NCBI GenBank assembly: GCA_030704615.1
Contig: CM060733.1
Span: 45,632,001-45,696,000, forward strand
Direction of reading: 5' to 3'
From: Takakia lepidozioides
Taxonomy: Eukaryota > Plantae > Bryophyta
DNA: 64,000 bases
The position numbers and the translations under genes are program-made. Positions 24,011 through 37,904 of the stretch are shown piece by piece. Every line of letters starts with the position of its first letter. Within the stretch, counting starts at the first letter, position 1. A model generated the notes under the pieces. The model ran no database searches, had not been told where the DNA came from, and worked only from the letters and a program-made list of their open reading frames with translations.

Positions 24011-27000
24011 ATGGGACCCTCGGATGGGCGTGAAGCATACACGAGGGAAGGGGGGGGGGGGGGGGGGGGATTTGACCGCAGGCCTAGGGGGGCACTCCAG
24101 TTAGCTCCGCGGATAAACCATGAACGTCGGATGAAGCCATATCCTTGCAGACTGCTTAATCTTATTGATTAAGACCAATCTACAGTCTCTTAAGCATAAA
24201 AGATCTTAGTTGAAAGGACTGAAGCCTCTTGGTTCATACAAGCAGATGGTAGTCAAGAGAAAACAAGATCTATTATGAGATGATACACATTATCACCATC
24301 TCACGTTCACTCTACACAGAGATACTTCGAATAGCATGGCTTTACTTTAGAGCTCGTCACATCATCACAGAAGTATACAGAATCACTCTGAGTTCCTCTA
24401 AATACATATTGATCACTGATACTCCTACCGCACACCTTCTGAGTTGCGTGCAGTCTTTTTATACTATATTCGAAAGAGTCGTTACAGCCTGCGGTCGTTA
24501 ATGACCATTTGTCTAACTGCCTACGCAACCTAAAAGGTTTGCTAAAAAGTGGCTCGTTGTAGTGGTCGTGAGCCATAGTGGTAAACGGTCCACTACTCCC
24601 TCTATTGGTTAAAGCCGATGCTATCGTGACCGTGTGATATCGTGGTTCACGGCTCACGGTTACTACACTACCCCTTACTGCTCTCGTGATAATGTACCCT
24701 TGTCCCGCCATTGGCTAAGTACCGCGTACTTATTCTAAACACTAAACACAAAAATAGATCATGGATTTCTATGAAGCTTAAAGATTTTGCCCTTTATCGC
24801 ATTTTTACGGTTCAATCATTTCCAATGAAAGAGAGCTTAAGTTATTAAAAAGATGGGTACATTAAGATTGAAGTATGTACTTTTGTTAACATAGAAACTC
24901 TAAGCTTGACCTCAACATATTATATGTCATCCACTTAAGAGCACAAATGTATGCAAGCCATCTTTATACCATCTTATACTCTACCATCTTTAAACCACCT
25001 CTAAGCACAAGTTTATACTCTACCTCAAGTAACAAAGAGGGCGATCCAAAACCTTGAAGCAAGAAAACACCTAGAGAACCATTAGCCCTTATGTTTCTAG
25101 AATAGTGGAATCCCTAATTATGAGATCTTATCTTAAAAGTGGATGGCTCAATCTGCCTCAGCCATCCACATTTGAGGCAATGTATGCCTCACAAGTCACA
25201 AGCCACCACGTCAAGTAGTGGCAGCGGAAGGCGGGTTGTGGGAGGGCGATGTGGCGGATAGGGAGGCAAGGCGTGGGCGTGAGGGTGGGCGCTCAAGGCT
25301 TGGGGGCAGGCGGGCCCCACGCGCCTGCGTGACACTGAGGAATGGGGAGTCAACGGGAGAGCGGGAGGGTTGGGCGCGGAGGACGTGGCGGGGCGGGCAG
25401 TTTTTGCCCGGGCACCCAACACTATCCCTCAAAGTATATGGAACATAGTGCCGAGGGTAGCCGGCCTAACTAAGAGCCACTTCACCTTGCAGCTACTTCA
25501 GTAGTATGTTGTGGCTCCATGAATGGATGGGTGTATAAGGCTCCATGTACAGCTACACCAACTGTTTTTCCATCTATTTATGCACATCTTTAACGGGAGG
25601 AAATGTGGGAATTGGTTACCCCGCGACAACTTGGTAGTAGGATTGAACCCAGAATCACCTCAATGATTCTCAGTAGCGTACTGACTAAGCTACTTAAATT
25701 CGATAAATTTCTTGATCCAAACCATTTACAGCCTTCACCAAAACCGAATAATACACCTTGCTCGGCTTCTCATTCTGGCGTTCCTCCACCTCGTCAATGT
25801 ATGCCATTCGAAGTGATGGATTGCTGCCACAGAGATGACTGTCAATCCAAAGATCGAAAGGTACAAAACTACAGCTAGTGCAAAAACAATATTTGTACTT
25901 TGATACCTAGTAGAAGCTCACTATCAAAGCTATTAGTATTGATTAAGATTAGTTTTCTAAAACTGCATTGTGACAAGTCAAGTAGAAAGTCCAGAAACGT
26001 ACTTGAGCATGAGTTTCAATATCTCGGTAGCACTGTGATGACCTTGACGTTTCTGTTCACCATACATTGGACAAACAACAACATACATGAAAAAAAAGTA
26101 AAAGAAAGTATGACGCCTCCCGAAGGAAGCGTAATTTATGGAGTCACTTCACCCCGAAGGGCTACTGCCTTCCACTAGGAAGATGGACACCTTTATGACA
26201 CACCAGACCGTGGTTTGAACCCACAACCACATCCAACGTGGTATGTGCCCATTACCACTGGGCTACATGAACTTCATACGTGAAATTCATATCAGCAAAT
26301 TCATATCACTTCGCGTTGCTCCGCACTACTAGCGACGAATTCTGAGAACTACGTTCAATTTTTCACAAAAAGAGGTGGGTCATCCCCATGGTGTTACATA
26401 CATACATCCCATAATTCATTGTTTTCCGGAAGAAGAACGGCGGAGTGTTGCCGAAGCTATCATATTATGTTTATTTTTCAAAGGAAAGAGGGCCAAAATC
26501 CTGCTGGTCCTTCCTCTTCGGCATCCCCATAGTTTGGAAACATAAAAAAGGGTGGGTCATCCCCATAGTGTTACATTCATACATCCTGCATTTCTTTGTT
26601 TTTCAAAAAAATGGTGGTGTAGAGCAAAAAAAGAGGGCTCCTGCATATTCTTCTTGTTCACTCATGCATTGTGGTTAGTTGGATGACACAAGTGACACCG
26701 CAGCGAAAGAGAAGATATCACCTACGCCATCTAGCATGCTATCCTAGAAGTTCTAGTGAGTTTCTTCTCTTATCCTATGTGTATCTCTCTACCATACAAA
26801 CTGAATTGAATGAGCATAAACCACTCTGCGTTTGACCTGTAACTGAAGAACTATGCTGCTGATTGGAGTGATGTTGCGAGTAGGGGCCCGACCAGTGATC
26901 TACACAAGGAAGGGAAATGCAGGTGGAAGACATCGTTGCAAGGAAGAGCTGCCTGGAGACTAAATGCTAATCTTGAACCACATGTGACTACATAATGACC

Positions 27001-27599
27001 ATGTCTGCAGCTCAAATTAGCATTGGAAACCAATTAGACTCAAGTCTGGACACCTTGCATACACTTGGGAGGCACTAACATTTCTCACATGACTGCAGGA
27101 GAGAAAAAAATAGATTGAACAACTCCAAAACCCTAAAGTAGGTCAACTACGTCAACCCCTCACCGACAAAAGGTTGAAAGGTCAAACGATTCTCCAATGC
27201 ATTGTTCAATGCAGGGGCCCACATCTGCCCTCAACAGTTAGTGCGAGTTGTGGGCAAACCCATGGACCACCGTCACTTACCCTAATTCTGTCTGCAAGAT
27301 TCTATGTGGCTAGCACCATTGTGGAATCATGCAGGTGAGTTAGGCATAAGCTCAGTCGACAATGCTGCTAGAGAGAGCCCCGACATGATCATATGACAAG
27401 AATTAACTTGCTTATCCAACAAGCAGTTGACTGCTTGACACTACAGCCTCAAACCCCCCAGCATTGTCATTGAGCAACGTCTAATTAACATCTACTGATC
27501 GAAGTTTGTGGAGTAGGAGGGTTCAATCATGCAACAAAGAAGATTATAGCAGTTTTTCAAGTAGAGTGTCTCTGTCATTGGCCAGGCTCCATGGTCGAA

Positions 27600-27870
27600 A
27601 CTAATTGAAAATTGAAAAATATCATATAAAGAACATTCATAATACAAATCTGTCAGTTGTATCAAAACCTCCCGTTCATTTGTATTCTCATGCATGTGTC
27701 AGCCAAGTAGCCCTGGAAAAGGGCAAAGAGGTCAATGCTGACATCACCCAAGCTGGGATTGCCCGAGATATCATTCTGGAGACTACTCTAGTTGACATGT
27801 ATGCCAAATGTGGGAGTATGAAGGATGCATTCTCAGTGTTTGACAGAATGGCTAAACAAGATGTGGTAGC
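27600..27870 (+). pseudogene. PLS-class PPR fragment
   Basis: ALEKGKEVNADI...LETTLVDMYAKCGSMKDAFSVFDRMAKQDVV is paralogous to 33100..35454. Confidence 0.85.
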
Positions 27871-28749
27871 CTCCGCAACAATCCATTGTAGGGCAATAAC
27901 AAGTGCTACGATTTTGAGCTGCGATTTTCAAGCTAAGTGTCTAAGTGTCGGGGCTCAGGAAGAAAACAATGCAGGGATGAAAAGATGACTGGATGGATGC
28001 TAAGGTGGCGTACAACATCCAGTGGGAATATTTAAGATGACGTGCGGATGAACGGACTCGACAGTTGGTCATCACTAGCTGGATGGATAAGTAAGCATAG
28101 CTGGATGACAAATAGATGAATGAAGGTGGTAATTAACATAGAAAGGTGTGCTTATTCATCCGTATGGATGAAAAGAAGTAGCTGCAGAAAATCTAGGGAT
28201 GCACGAGTATTATCAGCGTGTAGACGCAAGGGAGATAATTACCCGCGATCTGCCAAATAAAAAAAGCCGAGAGCGATGGGTTAGCCATGGAATTAGCGGT
28301 CTCTCAGCGCACCGTCCGCTGTGGATAGGGGCACCGGGGAAGAATATAAGCAAGTGGTAAGCATGAATCAGGAGCTTGGACTTGTGAGCAATGTGTGAGA
28401 GATGGGCTGATACAGTCCAGACTGAGTGAAATGGTGATTATTTGGTGCATATGGCGAAGGTCTTGTCTCTTGAGATGCAATGTTTGGAGCATATAGATGG
28501 ATTAGATGCTTAAGGATTGGGGGTTTGAATTTGAGATAGGGACCCATCAGATTATGCCAGAACTAAAGCAGGTTGATGACAAGATCTTCAAATTATTGTT
28601 TTGAGGGAAAGCATCATGGGCACTTAGAGCACAAATAGTTAATCGGACCAAGAGTATACTCATGGCAACTTATAGGTGTTTGATTCATTTCCATAATCTA
28701 CAATGGAGATGGAAAACCCTTGGAATCATAATGACAAGTAGTATAGATC

Positions 28750-30800
28750 TTGGGCACTTGAGAACACAAATGAACGTAACGTTGTTGGGTGTCACCCCTT
28801 CCTGTATCATTTGATCATAGATATCTAAAGCCTCCACACCAAACCCATGCAAAGCATATCCTGCGATCGACATTGCGTTGGGATTGCGCTCCATGATACC
28901 ACATCTTGCTCAGCCATGTTGTCAAACACTTCCCGTGTATCCTTTAAGCTGCCGCATTTAGCATACCTATTAAAAAATGCATTTTCTAAGGAGATCTATG
29001 AGGCAATTCCATCTTTGATGATGTCAGCATGGACCTCCTCCAGGGCTGTTATGCTAGCACATGCATTGAGAATGGAAATGAACGTGACCTTGTTGGGCGT
29101 TATGCCTTCCCGTATCATCTGCTCATACATCTCAAAAGCCTCCATCATCGCACTCCATGAGACCACATTTCATTGAGACGTTTTGTCAAAAACTAGTCTG
29201 GCATCGTTCAAGCTCCCATACTTGGCATACATATCGACAAGGGCAGTCTCCAAAATGATGTCAGCTCATGGACCTCTGTACATTTTTGATGATTGTCACC
29301 ATGGACCATTTTCCAGGGCTGCCAGGCTTGCACAAGCATTACAAACGCACACAAACGTGATGTGGTGGCACTTCATCCGTTCCCCTATCATTTGCTCATA
29401 GGTTTCCAAGGCCTCCGTCCTGCGCCCCTGCTGTGCAGATCCTGCAAGCATCGCGTTCCACGACACCAAATCTCGTTCAGCCATATTTTTGAACACTCCC
29501 ACCGCATCCTCAGGCACATATCCCCAAATGAGGTTGAGGTGCCTGATTCTATCAACTGTGCTGCTGCAGCTACTGCCTTTAGTTGACCATCTACCCATGC
29601 AGGGTTATTGTAGCTATTGATCCACATGGAATCATAGGTCATCTGGAGCTTGAAGTCTGGCCCTCTTGGATGAATCTATCCACCCACATGCTATCCCTGC
29701 TCCTTCAGCTATCCATGCCTCTGCACAAATCATACATACATCCTTGCCTTGCTGCTATCAACTGACAATGACAGCCTAGATTTGTTCTAGGAAGCACCCA
29801 ACTCAACTTATCACACTAGTTCCTATGCTCAATTGCATCTGCTACTCTCTGTAATCCAGCAGACATTCACCTTTTGCCTCCATTGTCGGGCCACTATTGA
29901 CTTGGGTTAGAAAAGTATTCATTCCACAACCTCTCCTCGTCTCTATTACCTGTTTCTAGATACTTCCCTGTTGTCACATTGGCAGTATCATGTCAAAGTC
30001 AACCTCCAAACTATCAAAGGTTCATTCAACCAACTAACTTGCAAAATTCAACATGAAAATTTAGGGCCGATTGTGATAAGAGGGAAAAACAGGGTGAAAT
30101 GTGTTGAAGAAGGTGCCTTCATTAGCAATGCCTGAATTTATCAATTGTATGTGGCTTCCAGTTGACCATCTACCCATGCAGGTTTCTTGTAGCTATCATT
30201 CCACAGAGAATCATAGGTGATCTGGAGCTTGAAATCCGGCCCTCTTCGATAAATCTGAATCCACATCTCAGGGTCGAATTTGATGAGAAGGCAAAACAAG
30301 TTGACATAGGTCGAAGAAGAAGGTGCCCTCACCACATTGTCCTTGACCTTGTTTCATTGACCCATGGACACATGCTAGCAGCTGACACTGACCAACCCAA
30401 TTCTGAATTGTATCTGCTTCTCTCTATAGTCCAACAGGCATTCACCTTTTTGTCTCTATTGTTCCACCATTGACTGGGGTCGGAAAAGTGTTCATCCCCA
30501 AAACTTCTCCTCATCTCTGTTATCTGTTTTTGGATATTTTCCTGTTGCCACAACGACAGTAACTTGTCACGGCCGAGTCTGAGAGAGGGCAAAACAGGCT
30601 GAAATAGGTCGAAGAAGAAGGTGCCCTCACCACATTGTCCTTGACCTTGTGTCATGACCCATGGAGGATTTGGCCGACCATCAACCCAAAAGGACCTCTG
30701 TGTGTGTTGTTTGTGTCTGTAGTCAGGTAATGTCAGATTGGTATGTGAGAATCGCCACGATGTAGCTGAGCAGGCAGAGATTGAAACACGGCCTGCTAAG
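28750..30800 (-). pseudogene. Rearranged paralogue of the PDF-motif/PPR gene
   Basis: PPR fragments at 28750-29500. PDF motif pieces FSDPSQWWNNRDKK, GPDFKLQITYDSLW...PAWVDGQL and WVDGRPNPPWV. Internal duplications (about 29580-29680 versus 30160-30260). Confidence 0.8.
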
Positions 30801-32819
30801 ACCAAGCTGAATCTCCGAAGAACCTTGTAAATATCAGGAAGAATACCAAATCATGGTACTAAGAGCCCACATTTGCAGGATGGACAAACTTCTTCACATA
30901 GTACATTAAGAAAAGCCACATCTTGCGATTGCGGTTGTCCCACCATCGTGAGAGCTCCTGCTGTGTACTCGTAATCTGTGAATGTCTCCATCTGTGAATC
31001 GCGATCGGCCTGTGAAACCCCTCCTGCAGTCAAGAAGATAAAGAAACGGGCACTTTGGGCAGTTTCGAAAAACTTGGCGCGACGAATCCATTGGCGTTTT
31101 TAGGCGGGCAGTCTGGGCAGATTGAAAAACATTGGCGACGATGACGTGGTGACAATGACGTGGCACTATGGCACCCTATTCCTGCTCTACGCTAAACTAG
31201 CTTCCGACCTTCTGTCGTCGCTAGAATCACGAGGATCAGATGCTTGGCAGCATACCTGCATAAAGGGTTCTCTTAGACAATCCCTTGAGCTCTAGTTGTG
31301 GGCTGTTTGTGGCCCCTCTCTTGTTTCATTTTCCTCTTGTCCCATGAGCTCTTTGAACTTCTCGCGGACGTTATAACGTACCATTTCATTTCATAGTGCA
31401 TACTGAGTTTCTCCTGAAATTTGTCGAGGAATCTAAAAGCGGTTTTGAATAGTAAAATCCCAAGAACCACATCAATCAAGTTGCGGCGACGACCATCATT
31501 TGTGCCACTCTCTAATAAGAAAACATCTACACAACCATGGCTCAAGAGCCAGAGTATATCAGATTCGAGGTCGAAGTGATGCATACGGATTTCCACCTAC
31601 TACATCAGCTCCTCTATATTTGGTCACAGAGGTGAAAGTGACCTTAAAGCAGTCTTATGGGAAACAAAATTTGCGGATCCGAAAGATTTCCGAAATCAAC
31701 CAAGGCCCTGTCGTCTAGTTCCGGTCATGCGAGAGGCCTTGCGTCGCGGATCAAGGGGCCGGGATGTAGTGAGAAAGCGGCAGAGGATACATTTTTTGGT
31801 CCGTGTACTTCCAACCCCGATGCCAGAATCGATCGCAACATGCTCCTGTATAGATGGGAAACGATCATCCAGCTTCAAGGATCACGCACAAGAGGTTCTT
31901 TGGATTGAGGATTGGTTGAATCCTCTTTGGGTGAAAGAGAAGCTAATTGCAAAGAGTCAAGATCGAAAACAGTCCGGCGATGGTGGGAGGATGTCCGAGT
32001 GCGATTCCGATTTTGGAGTGGATGGCGGAGCTCCTTCGAAGCCTGGACATGAAAGTGAGTATGACTGGCAGCCTGATGAAAGGGCAGCATTTGATGCACA
32101 AGTTCGTTTAGTATCTTCAATTGTGGACATGTTTGCATGTTCCTCATTGTGTTGCTTCAGATACAACCTAGACTGACTCGATGAATGTCAAAGCTAAATT
32201 AGCACTACTCCGTAAAGAACCTAACGTTTCGGTGCTCTTGGATTTCCGGCATGAAGGTCAACCGTAGAGCATGGGACAGCGTTGGCAAAAGGTTTATAAA
32301 ATTCCTACAAAATGGTGGGACAACAGCGGTGGCAAAGTGCGTCTTTTTTCATGCATAATGTGAAGGAGTATGTTCCTTTTCCTGTCGGTACCATAGGTTG
32401 TTCTTCTTAAGCAGGCCATGAATATATGTTGCCCAAGGGATTTTTCCTCATGTTCGCAAGCTATTTGGGAGGTTCAGCTTGGTCTGAGGAGGCTGTGTTT
32501 AAAACCATGGCTGATCAGCTCCTCCACCCTGTTTTCACAGACCAATCAAAGAGCACCAGTAGACATATTCAGCGCGCACAAGGGAGCAGAAGGACTCCTT
32601 TTGATTGAGGGTTGGCTAAAATCTCCATGGGTGGAAAAGCTAGTTGCTGCAATGACACAAGGTCAAGCACATTGTGGTGAGGGCACTCTCTTCTTCCAAC
32701 ACACTGAGGCTGGTTTTGTCCACTTTATCAGATTCATCCCTGTTTTGTAATCATGGGTTTTGACAGTTAGCCATTTGGGTGACTCTTTGACATTTTATTA
32801 CTACCTGTGGGAATTGCAG

Positions 32820-35454
32820 GGAAATATCCAAAACTAGGGAATAGAGATGAGGAGAAGCTTTGGAAGGAATATGTTCCATGGGACAATCAAGGCAGAAAGG
32901 TGAATGCCTCTTACTTTACACAAACGCAGAAGCAGATGGCAACTTTCTTGCAAATTGTCATCCTCCCTCTCTCCCAAACACACATTTTTGAAGTCTTGTC
33001 AGTAATAGCAAAGGAACTAGTATGTGGTAAGTAGGGGTCAAGTAAATCCTGGGTTGTCATTGTCGGCTATTAGTAGCAAGAGGGAGGATCAATGTATTAT
33101 TGTTGTCTGAGCCAGGGATAGATGGAGGCAGGAATGGAGTGAGGGTGCAGATCGATCCAAGAGGACTGGATTTCAAGTACAGGAGTACACATGAGGCAGT
33201 GTGGATAGACAGCAACAAGATATCTGCATGGGTAGATGGTCATCTGGAAGCACCTGCAAGACAGTTTACAGAATCAGGCACCTCTGCCATGACCGCTCCT
33301 AAAAATGGACCAAGAGATGGAGTCTGCAAGATCTCTTCTGCCACTTGTAGGCATGTGAGGATTCTATGTAAGGCAGGACACCTGAAAGAGGCTATGCATA
33401 TTTTGAACCGAGGGGGCATTTCAGCAGACTCTAATACGTATGTGTGTCTTTTGCAAAACTGCATGAAGGTGAAAGGCCTAGCCACGGGAAAGCAGGTGCA
33501 CGCCCACATCGTCCAAAGTGGATTTAAGCCAAATGTATTTCTATACAACACCCTTCTCAACATGTATGTCAAGTGCAGGAGCATCATGCATGCACACAGA
33601 TTGTTTGATAATATGCCTGAACGAAATATGTTCTCGTGGACTATAATGATGGCAGGATACACTGAGCATGGGTGTAGCAGGAATGCCTTGGAGATTTATG
33701 AGCAAATGATACAGGGAGGAGTGACGCCCGACCAGGTGACATATATATGCGTTCTCAAGGCGTGTGCCAGCCTGGCAGCCCTGGAAAAGGGCAAAGAGGT
33801 CCATTCTGACATCATGAAAGCTGGAATTGTACCAAACATCATTCTGGAGACTGCCCTTGTTGACATGTATGCCAAATGCGGAAGCATCAAGGATGCGAAG
33901 GGAGTTTTTGATAACATGGCTGAACGAAATGTGGTCTCATGGAGTGCGATGATCACAGGATATTCCCAGCAGGGATGTGGGATGGAGGCTTTAGAGACAT
34001 ACAGACAAATGATCCGGGAAGGGGTGAAGCCCAACCAGGTCTCGTTTGTTAGCATTTGCAATGCGTGTGCAAGCTTGGCATCCCTGGAAAGGAGCAAAGA
34101 GCTCCATACTGACATTAGGAAAGCTGGAATTGTACCAAATGTCATTCTGAACACTACCCTAGTAGATATGTATGCCAAATGTGGAAGCATTCAGGATGCA
34201 AAGACGGTGTTCGACAACATGTGTGAACGAAATGTAGTCTCATGGAATGCAATGATCGCAGGATATGTCCAGAATGGGTGTGGGATGGAGGCTTTAGAGA
34301 CCTATGAGCAAATGATACAGGAAGGGGCGAAGCCCAGCCAGGTTACGTTTGTGGGTGTTTGCAATGCGTGTGCCAGCCTAGCAGCCCTGGAAATTGGCAA
34401 AGTGGTCCATGGTGACATCATGAAAGCTGGAATTGTGCCTAATATCATCTTGAATACTGCCCTCGTGGACATGTATTCCAAATGTGGGAGCATCAAGGAT
34501 GCAGAGGGTGTGTTCAACAAAATGTCCACACAAAATGTGGTGTCGTGCAATTCGATGATTGCGGGATATGTCAAGCATGGTTGTCATACGGAGGCCCTGC
34601 AACTATTTGAAGAAATGGGAAAGGAAGGCTTGAAGCCAAACAGTATCACTTTAGTATGTGTCCTCTCTGCTTGTAGTCATGTCGGCCTATTAGATGAAGG
34701 TAGACACTACTTCAATTCCCTGAGTCAAGATGATGGCCTCACCATGGAGCACTTCGGTTGCATGGTGGACCTTCTTGGCCGTGCAGGGCGATTGGATGAG
34801 GCAGAGGATTTCATCAACAAAATGCCAATTGAACCAGATGTTGTTGTGTGGGGGGCCTTGCTTGGTGCCTGCAGAATCCATGGTAATGTAGATGTAGCCG
34901 AACGTGCGGCAAAATCCATTCTCAAGTTGGATCCGCAGGATGTTGGAACTTATGTGTTGCTATCAAACATCTATGCAGCAGCCAACAGGTGGGACGATAC
35001 CGCAAAGGTGAGAAAAATGATGAAGGTCAGAGGTGTCAAAAAAGAGCCAGGTCGCTGCTCCATTGAGGTCAGCGACAAGGTGCACACCTTTATTGTTGAT
35101 GACAAACTGCATCCACGAATTGAGGAAATCCATGCTGAGGTGAGAAGATTATCTGGGCAGCTGAAGGAGGCGGGGTACGTGCCTGACACGCACTTTGTAT
35201 TGCATGATGTGGAAGAGGAGCAAAAGGAATTTTCTCTTTGCCACCACAACGAGAAGCTGGCCATTGCCTTTGGGCTGATCAGCACAGCCCCTGGGATGCC
35301 CCTCCATGTCATCAAGAACCTTCGTGTGTGTGGTGACTGCCACACGGCCACCAAGTTCATCTCCAACATTGTTGGCCGAGCAATTATTGTACGGGATGCC
35401 AACCGATTTCACCACTTCCAAGATGGGGTTTGTTCTTGTGGGGATTACTGGTGA
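32820..35454 (+). CDS. PLS-class PPR protein with E/E+/DYW deaminase domain (organellar C-to-U editing factor type), N-terminal OSB-type PDF motif(s); true start further upstream
   Basis: Repeated P/L/S motifs, then KKEPG.., HNEKLA, CGDCH and terminal DYW. A phase-0 intron 32900-33150 joins EEKLWKEYVPWDNQGRK to IDPRGLDFKYRSTHEAVW. Confidence 0.93.
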
Positions 35455-35879
35455 GAAAATGTTTTCCTTGGAAGGTGTATATGACTTGCTTAATCCATTG
35501 ACTCTGCAGCTGTGTGGTACATTTAATGTTCCCTGGGGACATAGGTTATGATATACTGATTTGAGAGCATTTCCTGAGTTGTCATATCTACCCTGCAAGA
35601 GCCATGCCATCAACTAATCATACAGCCTGCACTGAATTTTCAGATCAGAACTTGTCTGTGTAATTCCCATGTGAAAATGAGGTGCAAAGCCTGGTATAGA
35701 TGTTGAACCCAAATGAACACGACTTGTCACAAAAAAGAGAGAGCTGTGGTGGTGCTCCATAGCTAAGCCTTCGGCTGCTCTGGCAACATGGCTGGCTGAG
35801 CCCTTGGAAGTCTCATATAACACAAGTTGATGCCTACTGCTACTGCTACTGAACTTGCGCGAATTGTTCGCGAACAGTT

Positions 35880-36480
35880 GCCAGTCAGGAGCATGACTAG
35901 ACAGCAAACAATGTTCCAACGATTTCATTATCCCCGAGCTACAACAGGTGCATAAAAGAGCTTCCTGAAACTCAAGCCATTCCCCCACTTTTAGAACGCC
36001 GTTTGCTATCTGCCATAAGAAGGCTGAGATTTTAGCTGGTCTTGACTCAAGCCAAACAGAGCCCCAGATCACATTCCAGTATTTGTCCTGAAACCCATGA
36101 AGATCCCAGCGCTCATTCCAGTTGGTCTGCATAGACTGAGCCTGGGTGAGTGCCTTGTAGGCCTTTTCTGTGGTATAGGAGAAAAAGGGGTCCTGAGAGC
36201 GAGCGAATGTCCAAGACCATTCCTTTGGGTCGAATTGGAGTTCCATCAGAGGCCTTCCAGAGATCCAAACGAATCGATAGATCTTTCTTACTTATCTCTT
36301 GGGCATATGGACAGGGTGTGCATCTTCACAGCCGCATATTGCAGCATAGACAGCCATAATATAAACATCCCCGGCTTTAGAACCAAATTACCAAAAGCAT
36401 CCACCAGTTCAAGCCACTTACATACAGGCATGCCCATACTAGTGCTTTGGGTTTCCTTTCAATGAAGGTAAAGTTGTGAC
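35880..36480 (-). mobile_element. LINE ORF2 fragment related to 21987-23090
   Basis: FDPKEWSW...KISAFLWQIANGVLKVG...CTCC...SLEH aligns with ORF 22146..22634. Confidence 0.8.
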
Positions 36481-36753
36481 CTTGTCTTCTAGAGGCCTCC
36501 CACCTAACTACAACCAGTGAAATAGGTTCAGTAAGCATTACCAAAAAGGCTCCATAACGTCAACTCAACGACGAGGACTTGCGTCACAACTCACAACCTA
36601 TATGGCAGGGCTTGCATGTATTACATGCATTTGTTGATGTTTACCAGGAAGTTACACAAATCAACCAGTTCTTTAGTTGTCAAGGCTACTCAGTACAAAA
36701 AAATGCCTCTCAAAACTCCTGCAAATCTGGCATCTACCAATGCACATCAATAC

Positions 36754-36960
36754 TCAGTTCATCTGGCGGATGAGAGCATTCAGCTTGTCCTCGCGGTTTC
36801 CAGCATCTCCGGACTCAATGTAGTGATTGCGCTTCTTCTTCAACCCGCCCAAAGGACAGCTCAAGTTGAAAGGCCAAAGGAAGTTGTTGGCCTCCTTAAA
36901 ACGAGTGCAGATTTCATGAATAAGATCCTCAATACGTATGATCCCGTACCTGCCAAGTGC
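36754..36960 (-). pseudogene. RPL7: Orphan last exon of 60S ribosomal protein L7 (uL30)
   Basis: [17 protein letters not shown]...[48 protein letters not shown]. Preceded by an AG acceptor, has a small internal deletion, and no upstream exons are seen. Confidence 0.85.
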
Positions 36961-37904
36961 CTGCAAGGTACCCACGATCAAGACTGTTTTCACAAGAGAA
37001 TTTTCAATTTCGTCTGAATTATGTATGACACAATCTTGAATGGACTGCTAGAAAACAAGGTTAATCACAATATTTCTTACCCATAGGTGCATAAGGTTCA
37101 ACCCTGCGCAACATGTTCACGGTCGCCTTGTTGACCTTCATGAGAGAGCGACCCCAGTGGATCCAGTGGCATGGAGTGGGCACCTTCTTCTGTATGAACG
37201 CTGAGAGGGGGATACGGGCCTAAAGGTGAAGGGGAGAGAACTCTCTCTGACCTGCCTTGAGGGCCAGAACCACCAGCCATTGTCTGTGCTTGGTGTGCCA
37301 AAGAAAAAGCCTGTGCCGGAGGAAGGTTGTGACCCGTTGTTAACTGGGGGCTTGGAGAAGCTCCTGTTGATGCGGTTCCAGGCCTGACCCCTGAGGCATA
37401 GATGAGCATTACTATTAGGACCCATTGCAGAAGCTGAATGCAGAGTACAGCTGGGTGACAAGAGCTAGGAACAATCAGGCTCACTAGGAATGGTGAATTG
37501 CTCCTAAAGTATTGTGGATAGGCCTGGGAGGGGAGCTCACAAGGAATGGGGAATTGTCTGTATAACTGCTGCGAAGAGGATTAAGTGGGGAGCTTGGTGG
37601 AGCTTAATATAGGTTCGCTTGTCCGAGGAGAGGTTAGCGGCAAGAGGCCGATCATAATGCATGGTGGCAGAGAAGATTGGCCATCATCAATAAGGTGGCG
37701 GCAGCGTAGATTGGATAGGGGCAGGGATTAAAAACCTTCATCCCTCAAAGCTTGTTGTAGAAGCTAGTTTTCTGTTGACCTCTGCTAATTGTGCAAGCAT
37801 TAATTGCCATTCTTAGTATTTCTTGTTGAACTTGAGAATCCAATCAGGTGCTCCTGCCTGAGTCAGCAGTGCGGTCCCTTCCTGCACCATCAAAATTCCT
37901 GTAT

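Noticed and set aside
26200-26270. Functional tRNA gene
   Set aside because: A/B boxes are present but the acceptor and anticodon stems do not close convincingly.
33240-35613. Antisense ORFs over the PPR gene (likewise over pol and the transposase)
   Set aside because: They are shadow frames of real coding sequence.
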